Assembly (NCBI RefSeq): GCF_022045235.1 | Contig: NW_027266267.1 | Span: 14,632,001-14,696,000 of the forward strand | Direction of reading: 5' to 3' | DNA: 64,000 bases | Source: Haliotis cracherodii | Taxonomy: Eukaryota | Shown here: in pieces, positions 12,492-25,012 of the stretch | How the letters are laid out: the number at the start of each line of letters is the position of its first letter | Numbering within the stretch: the first letter of the stretch is position 1 | Notes under the pieces: generated by a model | The model's input: only the letters and a program-made list of their open reading frames with translations | What the model was told of the DNA's origin: nothing | Database searches by the model: none | Program-made: the position numbers and the translations under genes

Positions 12492-14732
12492 CCCTCACCC
12501 ATGCATCTACTCTCTGCAACCAACGTCGCTAACCTTCGCCTGATGTGTGACTTGTACTCTGTGATTTTATGTTGCAAAAGGAAATGGTAGTATGATACTG
12601 AAAGAATGATTTTTGACAAGTAATACCTACTTTTTGTCTCCTTACACGAAACCATAGACTGTACATCACGCCTGAAGACATATTTATATTGCCTTGTTTC
12701 CGTACACACCTACCACATCATGACACATGAAGTAGATGGAACAATGGGCACGTACTATGCCTACCAGTTATATGAGCTTGATGGATGATGTGATGCTTGT
12801 TTGATCAGCTACACCATCCCACACCGAAATGTATGCCTCGCCTTCAGCCCGGTGTTATGCCCCAATATATGTGGTGATACCATGCTGCTATATTGACTGT
12901 ATCGCATCTGATATAGCTGTGCCTGAACTGTACGAATGTGTTTGTGAATAGGGTTCAAAACCAAAGTGAACAATACGGCGTGTCTTATTAATCTAGGACG
13001 AAAATGAATCAGATCATAAAGTTTGTTGAAACACATGATCGAGGATCCCGAAGGAGCGAAATATGTGATTCATACCAATGGCAGATCCTGGGAGAACAAA
13101 GGGCCTCAACAAATTGCGGCAGTTCAGATCACTTGGTTATCTAAACCCTTTAGGGACGAAACATACATCTTGGGGACATCCTTGTTGACAATGAGCAAAC
13201 TGCAGCAAGACATACAGGATTGATTTCAGTATCTTGGCACTACTGACTGGTTCTATGAAAACAGGTCATCAACGTTCCACAAACAATGGACCTAGTTGCC
13301 ACATCCCTATCGAGCATCAGACTGAACTGCAACAAGATTGTTCGATACAAATAAAATTCCATGTGAAGAGTTCAATAGTCACTTCACTATACTTTGTTTC
13401 AGAATGAAGATGAGCAAGCAAGAGGTACCGTGAAAGGCTTTGTCATGGATCGTCATCTATTAAGCAAATCTCTCAAACATTCACGGAGCAAATCAGCATC
13501 AACCAAATGGCAAGTCAATGGTGTTGATTATCAACATGTGTTTCATGTTTCGACGCTAGCAATTGCAACTGATGATCAGTTGTTTCCCCGCTGCATCATA
13601 CTTAACCTCGTCATACCACGCCGCCTGAGGCGTTGTTGCTGTTTTTACATATTCTTAAAACTCATTAAGTCCTCATGAAAAGTCCCTAGAGGTAATGCTT
13701 CATTTATACAGCGATGGCCTGTCAATATCTATGTGCATACGCGAATACTATGAGCTTTATATCTAAACGCTCAATAAACAACAACTACAACAAAGATGTT
13801 CTATGTCTATTTTACTATCCCAAACCAACCGACATTGTATAGGAGATACCCGTGTTCGTCCTGTAATCTGTGGTGTCTTCTCTCTTTCACAAAATCGAAA
13901 TATATGATGGACCATGAAATCTAACTTCAGATGAACTGAGGAAGAAAAGAAACTTTACCTCCCAGTTGAATTTATCATATCTTTGATTTTCAATTGAAAA
14001 TGTCTTAAGTTAGTGATTTTATATGAGAACAAGAAATGTACTCAAAGAATACTTCTGCATGTTGTTGTTTTATATTTATAAAAAATATAATTGGAGCTGT
14101 TTTCAAAAACATTAGAACAAATCGTATAATACACAACTGCCGATGGCAGATCTTTGGAGACATGTGAGATCTGAAAATCAATAACATGCTCTTTTCGGCA
14201 CAATTTTACAACATTTGAAAGATGGAATGGGGTCTCGTGGTTGCAAATTCGTTTCTTACACCTTCAGTCAGTCTGTATATGTTACACAAACCAATCAAGC
14301 CACAGATGACTTTTTACCGTTTCATAGTCGAAACGGTTTTTTTACGTATGGAAGAAATCTTGCAAGAGATGCAGCCAAAAATGTCACATGATAATATTTT
14401 AAGGTCCCATTACACACTTCACGTGCCGTCTGAAGTAATATATTTAAAGACACTCAACAAAAGAAACAGGGTTCTTTATTAAAGGACTCGTACATCCAAT
14501 CCATACCCTCACCTGCTGGTTGCAGATGAACATAGACCCTCAACGCCATTTTTAGTGTGGTCCCGTACAGGAGGTGAAATTGTGCAACGGGATGATAGCA
14601 AGGTTAATGTGACGGATGATTCAGTTGCCTTTAACCGAGAGTCAACCATTTAGACAGATCAACAGACAGGTCGGTAGATTAAGTGACCATACAACAGACA
14701 CAAATTTAACCCGGTGCTATGTGTTATTGAAG

Positions 14733-17700
14733 GTTCGTCGGCCTTACAGAGACTCCAGCAGACCCAGATCCGACATTTGGGCCGGACCTTCCTCTACTGG
14801 AAGATGTTCTCGGAGATACCATCACGGCGCTCACACCACAGGACATGAAGCGCCAGCAAGTGTTGAACGGTAGTGTTAATTACATGAAGTAAAACAATAA
14901 TATTATAAATCTGTAGAATTAAACTATTGATTTATGACGTTATGCTTTGACCGGGGTAAAATTGCAGTTACTGTACAATGAGTGAGTGTGTCCGTGAGAG
15001 AGGGAGGGAATCAACTCTTTCAGTATTTTAGTTATTTAACGTCGTTTTTATTTTTGTAGTCAGCTTAATGTTTAGGTATTCGAACCGTACCATTTTTAAT
15101 ATAAATCTTGAAATTGGAAGCAAAGATTTAGGGTCATACACTGTTGATAATATCATTTCATTTACGCTATGTACGTTGATTTACAAATATGTATCTCTTA
15201 CAGAGTTGTTGCACACAGAAAGGTCTCACGTCCGACAACTTATGATATTAGACTTACTGTTTCACCAACCAATGGTGACTAAAAATCTCTGCCCCATTCA
15301 ACTGACACGGACCTTGTTTCCTAATCTCGATGAGGTGATATCTTTACACAGTGAGTTATCTTTAAACCTACGTCCCCATTGGATCTGGATCGCAGCTATT
15401 TTGCTTACTCTTCATTAATCCGTCAGCCGCCATTTTGATTTGAGTCTGAAGAGGCCTCAGCCAGCGATTGGTGTGATTGCAATCGGCTAGAAGATAGTCC
15501 TCCGTTGTAAGACTGTACATCGCTTGCAAGCGATATGCATTATGCAACACACCTTATTTACCCAACAACAAAAGTTCCTGTGACACCAATATTTTAATGT
15601 ATTTTTTTAACAAGTAGAGTTTGGTTTTCAATATTGTAGTACATGTATGGAATCAAGTCACAAAAACGCTACTGCTACAGGAAAACATGCATTCCATGCA
15701 CAAGTTGACTTTTATGCAAACCCCATGCATTTCACTACCCAAGAATAGGTATAAAAACGTGCGTTAACAGGATTCCATATGCATTGTTTAGCATCGTGCT
15801 GACAACAACCACTCAGAAAAACAACAAAATTACGCAATTATTCAACATTTCCAAATGCCACGCCTGTCCGAAAATGAGCGTCTGCTAGCCATTGGAATGT
15901 TTGTAGCAGGATCGAGTCAACGTGATGTTGCAAGACAATTTAACGTCCACAGAAACACCATTTGGTGTTTATGGCAACGTTGGCAACAGACGAATGCAGT
16001 CAGAGACCATCCTCAGAGTGGCAGGCCACGCGTAACCAATAATCGACAAGACAACTGGATTCGAACAACACACCTCCGAAATCGATTCCAGCCAGCGACA
16101 GTGACTGCAAGAGGCATCACTGGCCTTTGACGAATATCTTCACAAACCGTACGTCGTCGCCTAAGATAGGCAGGGACTGTCCCGCCAGACGTCCCATTTT
16201 GACAGGAAATCACCGTCAAGCATGTCTACAATGGTGCAGACAGCGTCTACGCTGGACGGCCAGGCAGTGGGGACAAGTTCTATTCACTGACGAGTCTCGT
16301 TTTCACCTCAGTCACAGCGATGAACGGATTCGAGTGTACTGACGTCAAGGTAAACGTTACATCAATCATTGTGGCATGGAAAAAGATCGGTACGGGGGCG
16401 GCAGCGTTATGGTAAGGGGTAGGATTACAGCAACACAGAGGACCCGTTTGATGGTGGTAGAGGGAAATCTCAATGGACAGCGCTACCGCGACGAGATCAT
16501 CGACCCTGTTGTTCTACCGTTTTTGCGTCGTCATGGCCCAGGCATTACCTATCAACATGACAAGGCCCGGCCTTATATTGCTCGACTTGTTCAGGATTCT
16601 CTTCAACAAAACAACGTGAATGTCATCCCCTGGCCATCTCGCTCCCCTAATCTCTCACCAATCGAGCACATGTGGGGTGAGATTGATCGGCGCCTTCGAC
16701 GTCAACCACGTGTTCCACAGACACTCCAGGAACTTCGCAACATGCTCCAGTAGATATAGAGAGATATCCCACAGGACTTTGTGCGACGCCTGGTCCATTC
16801 CATGAGATGAAGATGTGTTGCTTGCATCGTACAGGAGTCTTTTATCTGTTGCAAACCGAAATTGTTTCAGATTTGGTAAAAAAACAACTTTGCATTAAAT
16901 CTTATTCAATGTCACAGGAACTTTTGTTGTTGAGTATATTATTAAGTTAGCGGGTCTGTGTGTTCTCAGCTGTGTGCCAAAGCTGTTTGTATTGCCTTAG
17001 AATGTTCATTGTCTCATTCTTCCCGGTACCTGTCTCAGAAAAAGAAATCTTTGCTCTCAGACATTTTCATGAAAAATAATAAATGTTTGGATATTTTGTC
17101 ATTGTAAAGTATTCATTTTGATTATGCGTCGTCAGGCCAGCTAAACATGAGACTACAGAGGCGCCGGAAGGAAACACCGATTATACACAGGATAGCGGAC
17201 ATTTTCTTGTGGATGGTGAGATTAGAGACTATGCATCAATCTAAATGGTACACTTACCCTGTCACCAACTTTGACTGTATTTTGTAACCTTTGCAGCTAT
17301 TTTCTAGTCTTTTATCATGAAACCTAATTCCTGAGCATATTTAAAATCAAATCCAAGTACAGGCCAATAGATTAACAAGTCCAGCATATACAATTCATTG
17401 CATTCCACTGCGCTTATGATTAAATACGATCGTATGGACCATGCATTACACATAATCAGCAATGGTCCAGTGACATTTTAAACACCTTTTTTTCTTTTCT
17501 TTTAAACAAGGCGTATTAGTAACTGTTGCAAACACTGATATTACTCACATTTCTTGACAAATGTGTTGTTTTATGATTTGGGAGTCTACATCATAGCTTG
17601 AGTGGGTCAGTCCACCTGTGTATATTTTGTTGAAGTCTTGTCATTGTCGTCATATGCAAAATCTGGTGATGTTTACGAATGGATGTCACTGTGTACTTTA

Positions 17701-20700
17701 TATAACAGTCTGGTTAAAACATCTGCATTGTAGTTTGATGGTGACAACGGGCAGACATTCCGGCAAGAATGCGCCAAGTACTGCAGGAACCAGTTTCAGA
17801 TTAAAGACGTTTTGAAGGAACTAAGAACACAATATGCCCTATCAACGTTTCTGAAAGTAAGGATACTTTCAACATACAAATATCAAACATTATGAGATTA
17901 TGTTCATATGTTAATTACATGTGTATGTGGTAGAAACTAAAATTTGAGTTAAATAATAACAATGCAAACATGACGTAAATTATTTAAATAATTTAAAAAG
18001 TTGAGGATGTCAATTTATTTACGTCATTAACAATGTTTTATTGTTCATAAAACGTTACACTTTAAAGCACTTGTTTTATTACAGGATGCAGAAAGCTACT
18101 CACTTTGTCAGCATCGGAAACTCGAGGAATTTTTGGCAGTAGAGTTTCAGCGGTTAGCCAAATACCCTCTACTGATATATACACTCAAGGAGTGCACCAG
18201 AGGTACACACCATGTAAACAAATACCCTCTACTGATACATACACTCAAGGAGTGCACCAGAGGTACACACCATGTAAACAAATACCCTCTACTGATACAT
18301 ACACTCAAGGAGTGCAACAGAGGTACACACCACGTAACCAAATACCCTCTACTGATACATACACTCAAGGAGTGCACCAGAGGTACACACCATATAAACA
18401 AATACCTTCTACTGATACATACACTCAAGGAGTGCACTAGAGGTACACGCCATAGAACCAAATACCCTCTTCTGGTACATACGCTCAAGGAGTGCAACAG
18501 AGGTACACACCATGTAACCAAATACCCTCTACTGATACGTACACTCAAGGAGTGCACCAGAGGTACACACCACGTAACCAAATACCCTCTACTGATACAT
18601 ACACTCAAGGAGTGCAACAGAGGTACACACCATATAAACAAATACCCTCTTCTGATACATACACTCAAGGAGTGCACTAGAGGTACACGCCATAGAACCA
18701 AATACCCTCTTCTGGTACATACGCTCAAGGAGTGCACCAGAGGTACACACCATGTAACCAAATACCCTCTTCTGGTACATACACTCAAGGAGTGCACCAG
18801 AGGTACACACCATGTAAACAAATACCCTCTTCTGATACATACACTCAAGGAGTGCACCAGAGGTACACACCATGTAAACAAATACCCTCTACTGATACAT
18901 ACACTCAAGGAGTGCAACAGAGGTACACACCATGTAATCAAATACCCTCTACTGATACATACACTCAAGGAGTGCACCAGAGGTACACACCATATAAACA
19001 AATACCTTCTACTGATACATACACTCAAGGAGTGCACTAGAGGTACACGCCATAGAACCAAATACCCTCTTCTGGTACATACGCTCAAGGAGTGCACCAG
19101 AGGTACACACCATGTAACCAAATACCCTCTTCTGGTACATACATTCAAGGAGTGCACTAGAGGTACACGCCATAGAACCAAATACCCTCTTCTGGTACAT
19201 ACGCTCAAGGAGTGCACCAGAGGTACACACCATGTAATCAAATACCCTCTTCTGGTACATACACTCAAGGAGTGCAACAGAGGTACACGCCATATCACCA
19301 AATAACCCCTACTGATACAAACACTCAAAAGGTAAGTGAGTGAGTGAGTTGGGTTCAACGCCGCTTTAACAATATTCCTGTTATACTTTGGCGTGTTATC
19401 TTAATGGGGGAGGAACTGTGGTGACACCCTCGAGCACACACTCAAAGAGTGCATGAGATGAGCGCTAGATGGCCAAATACCCTCTGATGATCCATGCACT
19501 CAAATATTGCTCAAGAGGTACTCACAAGATCATCAGAGCTGGAAAAATATCAGGGTACTCTCTCTATTTAATAGGTTCATCGGAAAAGTGAGATGACAGG
19601 ATTTCTTGAACCAGCTTTGGGCATCCTAAGAAGAGCATATTATTTTTATGGCTATTGCACAACACCTCTGTTTTTATTTAAACATGATTCTCTTCTGTTT
19701 TTTTACAGACGCACTTGAGAAAGGTCTGCTTGAAAAGGTTCATGTGAAAAGCAAAGAAATATTAGCTTATGTGGACCAGGCTGTGCATACGTGTGAGAAT
19801 GACTACCGATTGTCGTGTATTCAGAGGCAGATCAACACGCATCATCCGTCCTATAAGGAACTTAAGGCAAGACTTTCATTATTTTTCATTTACCAAACAG
19901 TCCCGACTAAACGATAAGTCAGTAAATCTAAAACATATAATACTAAAACTCATATATTTTTTAAACCATTGGTAAGAATATGACCAACAATATTTGCATG
20001 TTTTTCATTCGTCAGATGCAGTCATCTACATTTACTGTTTAATATAGATTACTGCAGCAAAGGTTTATTTCCCACTTAAATATACATGACCTCACACATT
20101 GAAATGGTTCTGCTTAAAACTTTACCGATTGTTTTGATGCTGTTTTCGGTCTCATGAAAAGTACAAAAGATACCCAAAGTTATCTTGACGAACACCAGCT
20201 ATGAGCATGTTAATGATGTGTACCATTTGCAACCACACAAGGGTACGTTGCAGTGTGTCTGGTGTATAAGAGTGTTGACATTATAATAATAATAACATGC
20301 AGCACGCATAAGGTTAAGGTACTATGTTCTTTTCGAACAATAATGTGATAATTTTCCTCAGGAATGGAATGTAACCCAAGCTAACACCATATATTGCCAA
20401 TGCAACTTGGTGAATGTAACACTGAGAGCACAGAGGCAACCTTTAAATTGTAGCATTGCAAAGCAAAAGAACAAAAGCAATACATGGCTCTCTTTGGTAC
20501 TGTGTTGCTGCATTGAATTCAGAAAATTCGACTGGATATCCTTGAAGATCATGATGATAAATCACTCCTCCTGAAATTACAACATTGAAACGTTGTTCGT
20601 GCATTTGATATCAGGGTCACGTCTTTGAATAGCATTAGGAGTGATATACATATGAGAGAGAATTTATTGATGTCAACATCTTTATTATGAGGAACACAAC

Positions 20701-23700
20701 ATTTTGGAGTAATGACATTTAGAAGTGGTAGACATAAGACAGAGAATGTATGGATGTCATCGTCTTTATTATGAAGAACAAAACGTTTCGGTAAACGTAT
20801 ATGTTTACTCCTTCAGGTGAATGAATGCTACTATGCAGGGAACATATATGTGCACATGTAATAACAAATGGAAGATAATGCGGGATAATGCGACAGACAG
20901 ATGGTAGCAGAGATTATTCAAAGNNNNNNNNNNNNNNNNNNNNNNNNNNNNNNNNNNNNNNNNNNNNNNNNNNNNNNNNNNNNNNNNNNNNNNNNNNNNN
21001 NNNNNNNNNNNNNNNNNNNNNNNNNNNNNNNNNNNNNNNNNNNNNNNNNNNTGCGTTGTCACTGTGGTCAAAATATTCTATTACTTTTCATACCATCATG
21101 ATTCATTGTCATGGTATACATCATAAACGTCCCCTTCTATACACAATGCGTTTCATGAGGCATCCAGTGCAGCATGTAGAAGGCTTAATATCACAAAACG
21201 CACCCCTAAATCACGTGTGGAGAACATGCCAATCAACCAGGCCTCACAATGTGATGGTAAGACATCTGTTTCAGGAGTTGGATGTCACTCAGCACAAACT
21301 TGTGTTCGATGGAGTGTTGTTGATGAGGATGCAGCCAATGTGCAGTGTGGAGATACTTGTTGTGCTGTTAGAGGACAAGATGTTACTGCTGCAGACCCAA
21401 GATGACAAGGCGTCTCTCTGTTCATTCACTAAAATATTAGCAACAGGAAGCAAGGGAAAATACCGCCCACTTCTGAATCTGGAGAACGTGCTTGCTAGAA
21501 GCAATGCTGCAGGTAGGTACAGGAAAAACTGTAATGTATATGTTCTTCTGCAAGCAAGTACATAGTATTCTCACATGTTGTAATAATATTTTCCTTCATG
21601 TTGTGTCCAGTTTAATTCATTACTTGATAACACTGCACCTTTTGTACATAGCTAATATTGTGATATAATACAGCTTATATTAGCATCGTCTGAGAGGGCC
21701 TAATTAACATTTTATTTTCAGACAATACCATGTTTTTTGTTATCAATGATGAGGATGATGTCCCTGAAATGTACACGTTTGTTTCCCCTACACAGTCAGA
21801 AAGGGATAGGTTCGTACTTGTTTTTAATTATTATCAGAAAGATAGACTACAGCATAAATCTCGACAGCTATTGTTTACCAATACAGTTACAGATATATAT
21901 AGACCCGTGAAGATTCCAGGGTAGAATAGGTCTTCAGCAGCCCATGCTTGCCGTAAAAGGTGACTATGCTTGTCGTAAAAGGCGACTAACGGGATCGGGT
22001 GGTCAGGCTCGCTGACTTGGTCGATGCATGTCATCGATCCCAATTGCGTGGATCGATGCTCATGATATTAATCACTGGATTGTCTGGTCCAGACTCGATT
22101 ATTTACAGACCGCCGTCATATAGCTGGAATATTGCTGAGTGCGGCGTTAAACAACAAACCAACCAACCAACCAACCAGATATATATATGAATGAAGTCGA
22201 GAAATAGCTCATGTTAATGTTTATAATCTGCAACTAATAAAAAGTCAGCCATTCAGGCGATGTGCTAGACATCGTCATTCAGGTGGTTTGATAAACCAAA
22301 GGTTTTTTTGTGATTGTTAATTGTAATAATGATATCATATACACAACAAATAGTGTAAGCATATATACCACCTGTCCCCGAAATATAATAAATCATTCTG
22401 TGCCGAAATATAACAAAGCCTGTAAAGGAACAACTCTTAAATATTCGATATTGTAGTCAATAAGGTTTGAAGCCTGATATAAACATGTGATCACAATGTC
22501 GTGTAACTAACGTAGACAATGCTGCATCAAGTATGGTGTGTTTAGGTGGATTAAGGACATCAGTCATTGGGCAAACATAACGAGGGAGAGAAAGGGAATG
22601 TCAGCTCCAGGGAAACTGCCGACCCGCATTAGCTCGGTGACAGCAGCCATGTCCATGATACAGCATCATGAAGAACTCACATCACATCCTGTCATGGGAA
22701 AAGGAGACAAAGTCCTCACCCCACTAGGTAGGTGCCTCTCTCCTCAAAACCTACTCAGAACTGCCTTTCAATAAATGGATAGGTATTGAACCTATCGATT
22801 CAATGTTAATGGCCAAATATATCAATGAAACCATATGAGGTAAAACAAGAACAAATGCTGTCCATTATCCTACAGGATAATTTGGTCCTTTGTATACAGC
22901 TGTTTAAATCGTGGCTAACAGTATATAGAACTTCATTTATCGTAACTGCCATGTTCATTGTCACAATGACTGGGTGTGTCATTGAACCAAGACAGTGAGT
23001 ATCGGTCCTCAAACAACATTCATTTTGTATACATGGTTATGAAAACCAGAATCAAGAGCTATTAAAATTATAAAAAATAATCAGACACGTATTGCTGCCA
23101 TTTCCCTTTCATGCAGAACTGAAGAAGTCCTTTAGAGAGTGACTGTTTGCTACTTTGTTTATTCAAAACAGATATACTTCAAGCAAAAGTAGAACGCCCA
23201 ACAAAAACGTTCGCAGAAAAACAAAATGAAGGCAAGACCGACGACAAAGTTACTGCTGAGGTTAGTCGTTGAGGGAACAGGTCTATAGATAGTGGTAATA
23301 AGTATTCGCCACAATATCCAACATAGACACAAAGATTAAATAAAAATACATTCATATATGAAACATGTGTGGTCAAATGTATGGTATTGTTAAAGCAGAC
23401 CTGTATGTTTAATAATGCTCTAAAAATGTCTCGGAGAGTCCTGTGAGAAAAAGGTTCCATCAACCATCCCTTTCAACATTACATGGATCGATTAAGGACA
23501 ATCCGAATGAATGCCTCCTTAGTTATTGTATCGTGTAATGCACAGCACTTCTTTGACACCTATATTTAAGAAATAGTCAATTAGTTTTGCCTTCCTTGTC
23601 ATTTTTCACACTGTGTGACACGGGATTTTTGTTCTTATCAGGTTGACACTGGGATGGGCGGTGACCATGACGACAACAAAAGCAGCAGCCTTTTTCTGAT

Positions 23701-25012
23701 AAAAGCCGCACAGGAAATAAATTCTCAGCTGACGCAACTTGTGTTTAACTCAAACAGTAACCAGGCCCCAATGGCATCCCCATCATCCACTCCACAAACA
23801 CCTCATTGTATGTTGGTCTAACATTCTCCATGATTGTCCAGTCAGGTATTATGTTGTAGAGCAAGTACCCATGTATCAAGAATGCAAGAATCACATGTTT
23901 TTCAGTAATTGTAACCATGTCTTATACGTCAAAGACGTTTGCATCAATATGAGGAAGTCAATTTCATCGACACAACAATTGCAGTGATTGTTGACATGAA
24001 TGTGTTCTGGTTTAATATGCTATATATTTACAGACACGGAAGAACGTCCAACAATTCCTGTATCCAACCCGAGGGAGCAACTCAAGGAAATGACAGCACG
24101 AATGACGACGTGTCTGTTACAGTTACAAGTAGGTAATCACGATGTATTGGCCTCGCTCATAATGTTGTTCCCTTACTTTTATAACGGATTTGATGATCAG
24201 ATTGAAGATGGACTATTTAGGTGTTATGTGTACTGTTTTTATATATTATTTAGCTGTAGTGCAAAAGACACAACCAACCGAGTCACATAGTCATACTTCC
24301 CTGTGATTGTTGTAGGTGGTTACACAGCGTCAGCAGCAGGAGAACAAGTGTTTGAGAACAGAACTACATAGACTATACTGCCTCAGGGATCTCAATTGTT
24401 CCCTCGCAGTTGACCTTTCCCTTTCCACAGACTCAAGCTTAGATCCCCTAGAATTCACCCTTGACTCAAACGAAAATGATGCGATCAATGGTGAGAATAT
24501 TTTCTAATTCCATGAACTATATCAACTATATTTGTAAGAGTTTAAATAGCAGTATAAATACCGCAAAAAGACCATTCAAGAAAACGTGATGGAGTAAGGA
24601 ATATGGAGATATCTTTATCGAACTGAAGTCATCAATCGTGTTTCCTGTTCATAGTTTTGACCTTATTACAGTTGGCAAAGTAATGTACCACATATCGTAT
24701 CCATGATGTAGAGAATGGTATGATTCTGGTGAATAATCAAAGCTTCGGAGAACATGTTTTTTTAACATTTGTGGTTTATATTTATTAGCTCAAGATGAGG
24801 AGGTACATAGCTGTTGTAAAGGAGGTATTGACAGCAGCAGTGTCACAGAGTGCAGAATAACCACGCCGCCATCAGGTCACCATGAAGAACACGTCAAAGA
24901 GATGATGGATCAGACCAAAACATTAACTGATACAGAGAATAGTGACATCAATGTGTCTTCTGCAGAGACAGAACAAGACCACAGTCGGTTGTACCCTGGA
25001 GTCAGATTGTGA
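14733..25012 (+). CDS. ARHGEF11/12 (LARG/PDZ-RhoGEF)-like RhoGEF paralog 2, DH + PH + coiled-coil C-terminus; 5' end unresolved
   Basis: Phase-compatible exons: 14733-14869, 15204-15350, 17136-17215, 17734-17856, 18085-18202, 19709-19866 (GC donor), 21275-21512, 21722-21809, 22546-22727, 23172-23260, 23642-23807, 24034-24128, 24316-24490, 24789-25012. They translate DH motifs MKRQQVLNELLHTERSHVRQL, LFPNLDEVISLH, DAESYSLCQHRKLEEFLAVEFQRLAKYPLL and YVDQAVHTCENDYRL, and the PH domain ELDVTQHKLVFDGVL...VLLEDKMLLLQTQDDK...MFFVIN...PEMYTFVSPTQSERDRWIKDI, colinear with LARG-family sequences as I recall them. Confidence 0.88.
15561..16934 (+). mobile_element. full-length Tc1 DNA transposon (DD34E) with inactivated transposase, in a RhoGEF intron
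   Basis: 25-bp TIRs C(C/T)CAACAACAAAAGTTCCTGTGACA with TA flanks. Transposase from 15855 has HTH, SGRPR, FTDESRF, QHDKARP and SPNLSPIE, with 34 residues between the second D and the E. Broken by a frameshift near 16127 and stops near 16340, 16751 and 16808. Confidence 0.95.
18158..19330 (+). repeat. 60-bp minisatellite derived from the 3' end of the DH exon plus its splice donor (19 full units)
   Basis: Unit AAATACCCTCTACTGATACATACACTCAAGGAGTGCACCAGAG|GTACACACCATGTAACC, encoding KYPLLIHTLKECTRGTHHVT. Decayed copies continue at about 19425-19530. Confidence 0.95.
20924..21051. other. assembly gap (N run)
   Basis: Run of N. Confidence 0.99.
21901..22177 (+). mobile_element. SINE family B
   Basis: Full-length match to 4988-5277. 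Confidence 0.88.

Noticed and set aside
14221-14400. Possible decayed C1-domain exon (GCKFVSYTFSQSV ... CKRCSQKCH)
   Set aside because: The motifs lie in different frames with wrong Cys spacing; too weak to call.
19325-19340. Strong donor AG|GTAAGT at the end of the 60-bp array
   Set aside because: It lies after the in-frame TAA (19303), is in phase 2 rather than 1, and belongs to the (GAGT)n tail of an antisense SINE fragment.
18133-19358. Stand-alone 390-aa (+) and 403-aa (-) repeat proteins
   Set aside because: Both arise from the stop-free 60-bp unit. The + frame is a continuation of a RhoGEF exon and the - frame has no independent support.
20805-21270. ORFs spanning N runs (also 37141-37596)
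   Set aside because: Their length is an artefact of assembly gaps; only 21275-21512 is a supported exon.
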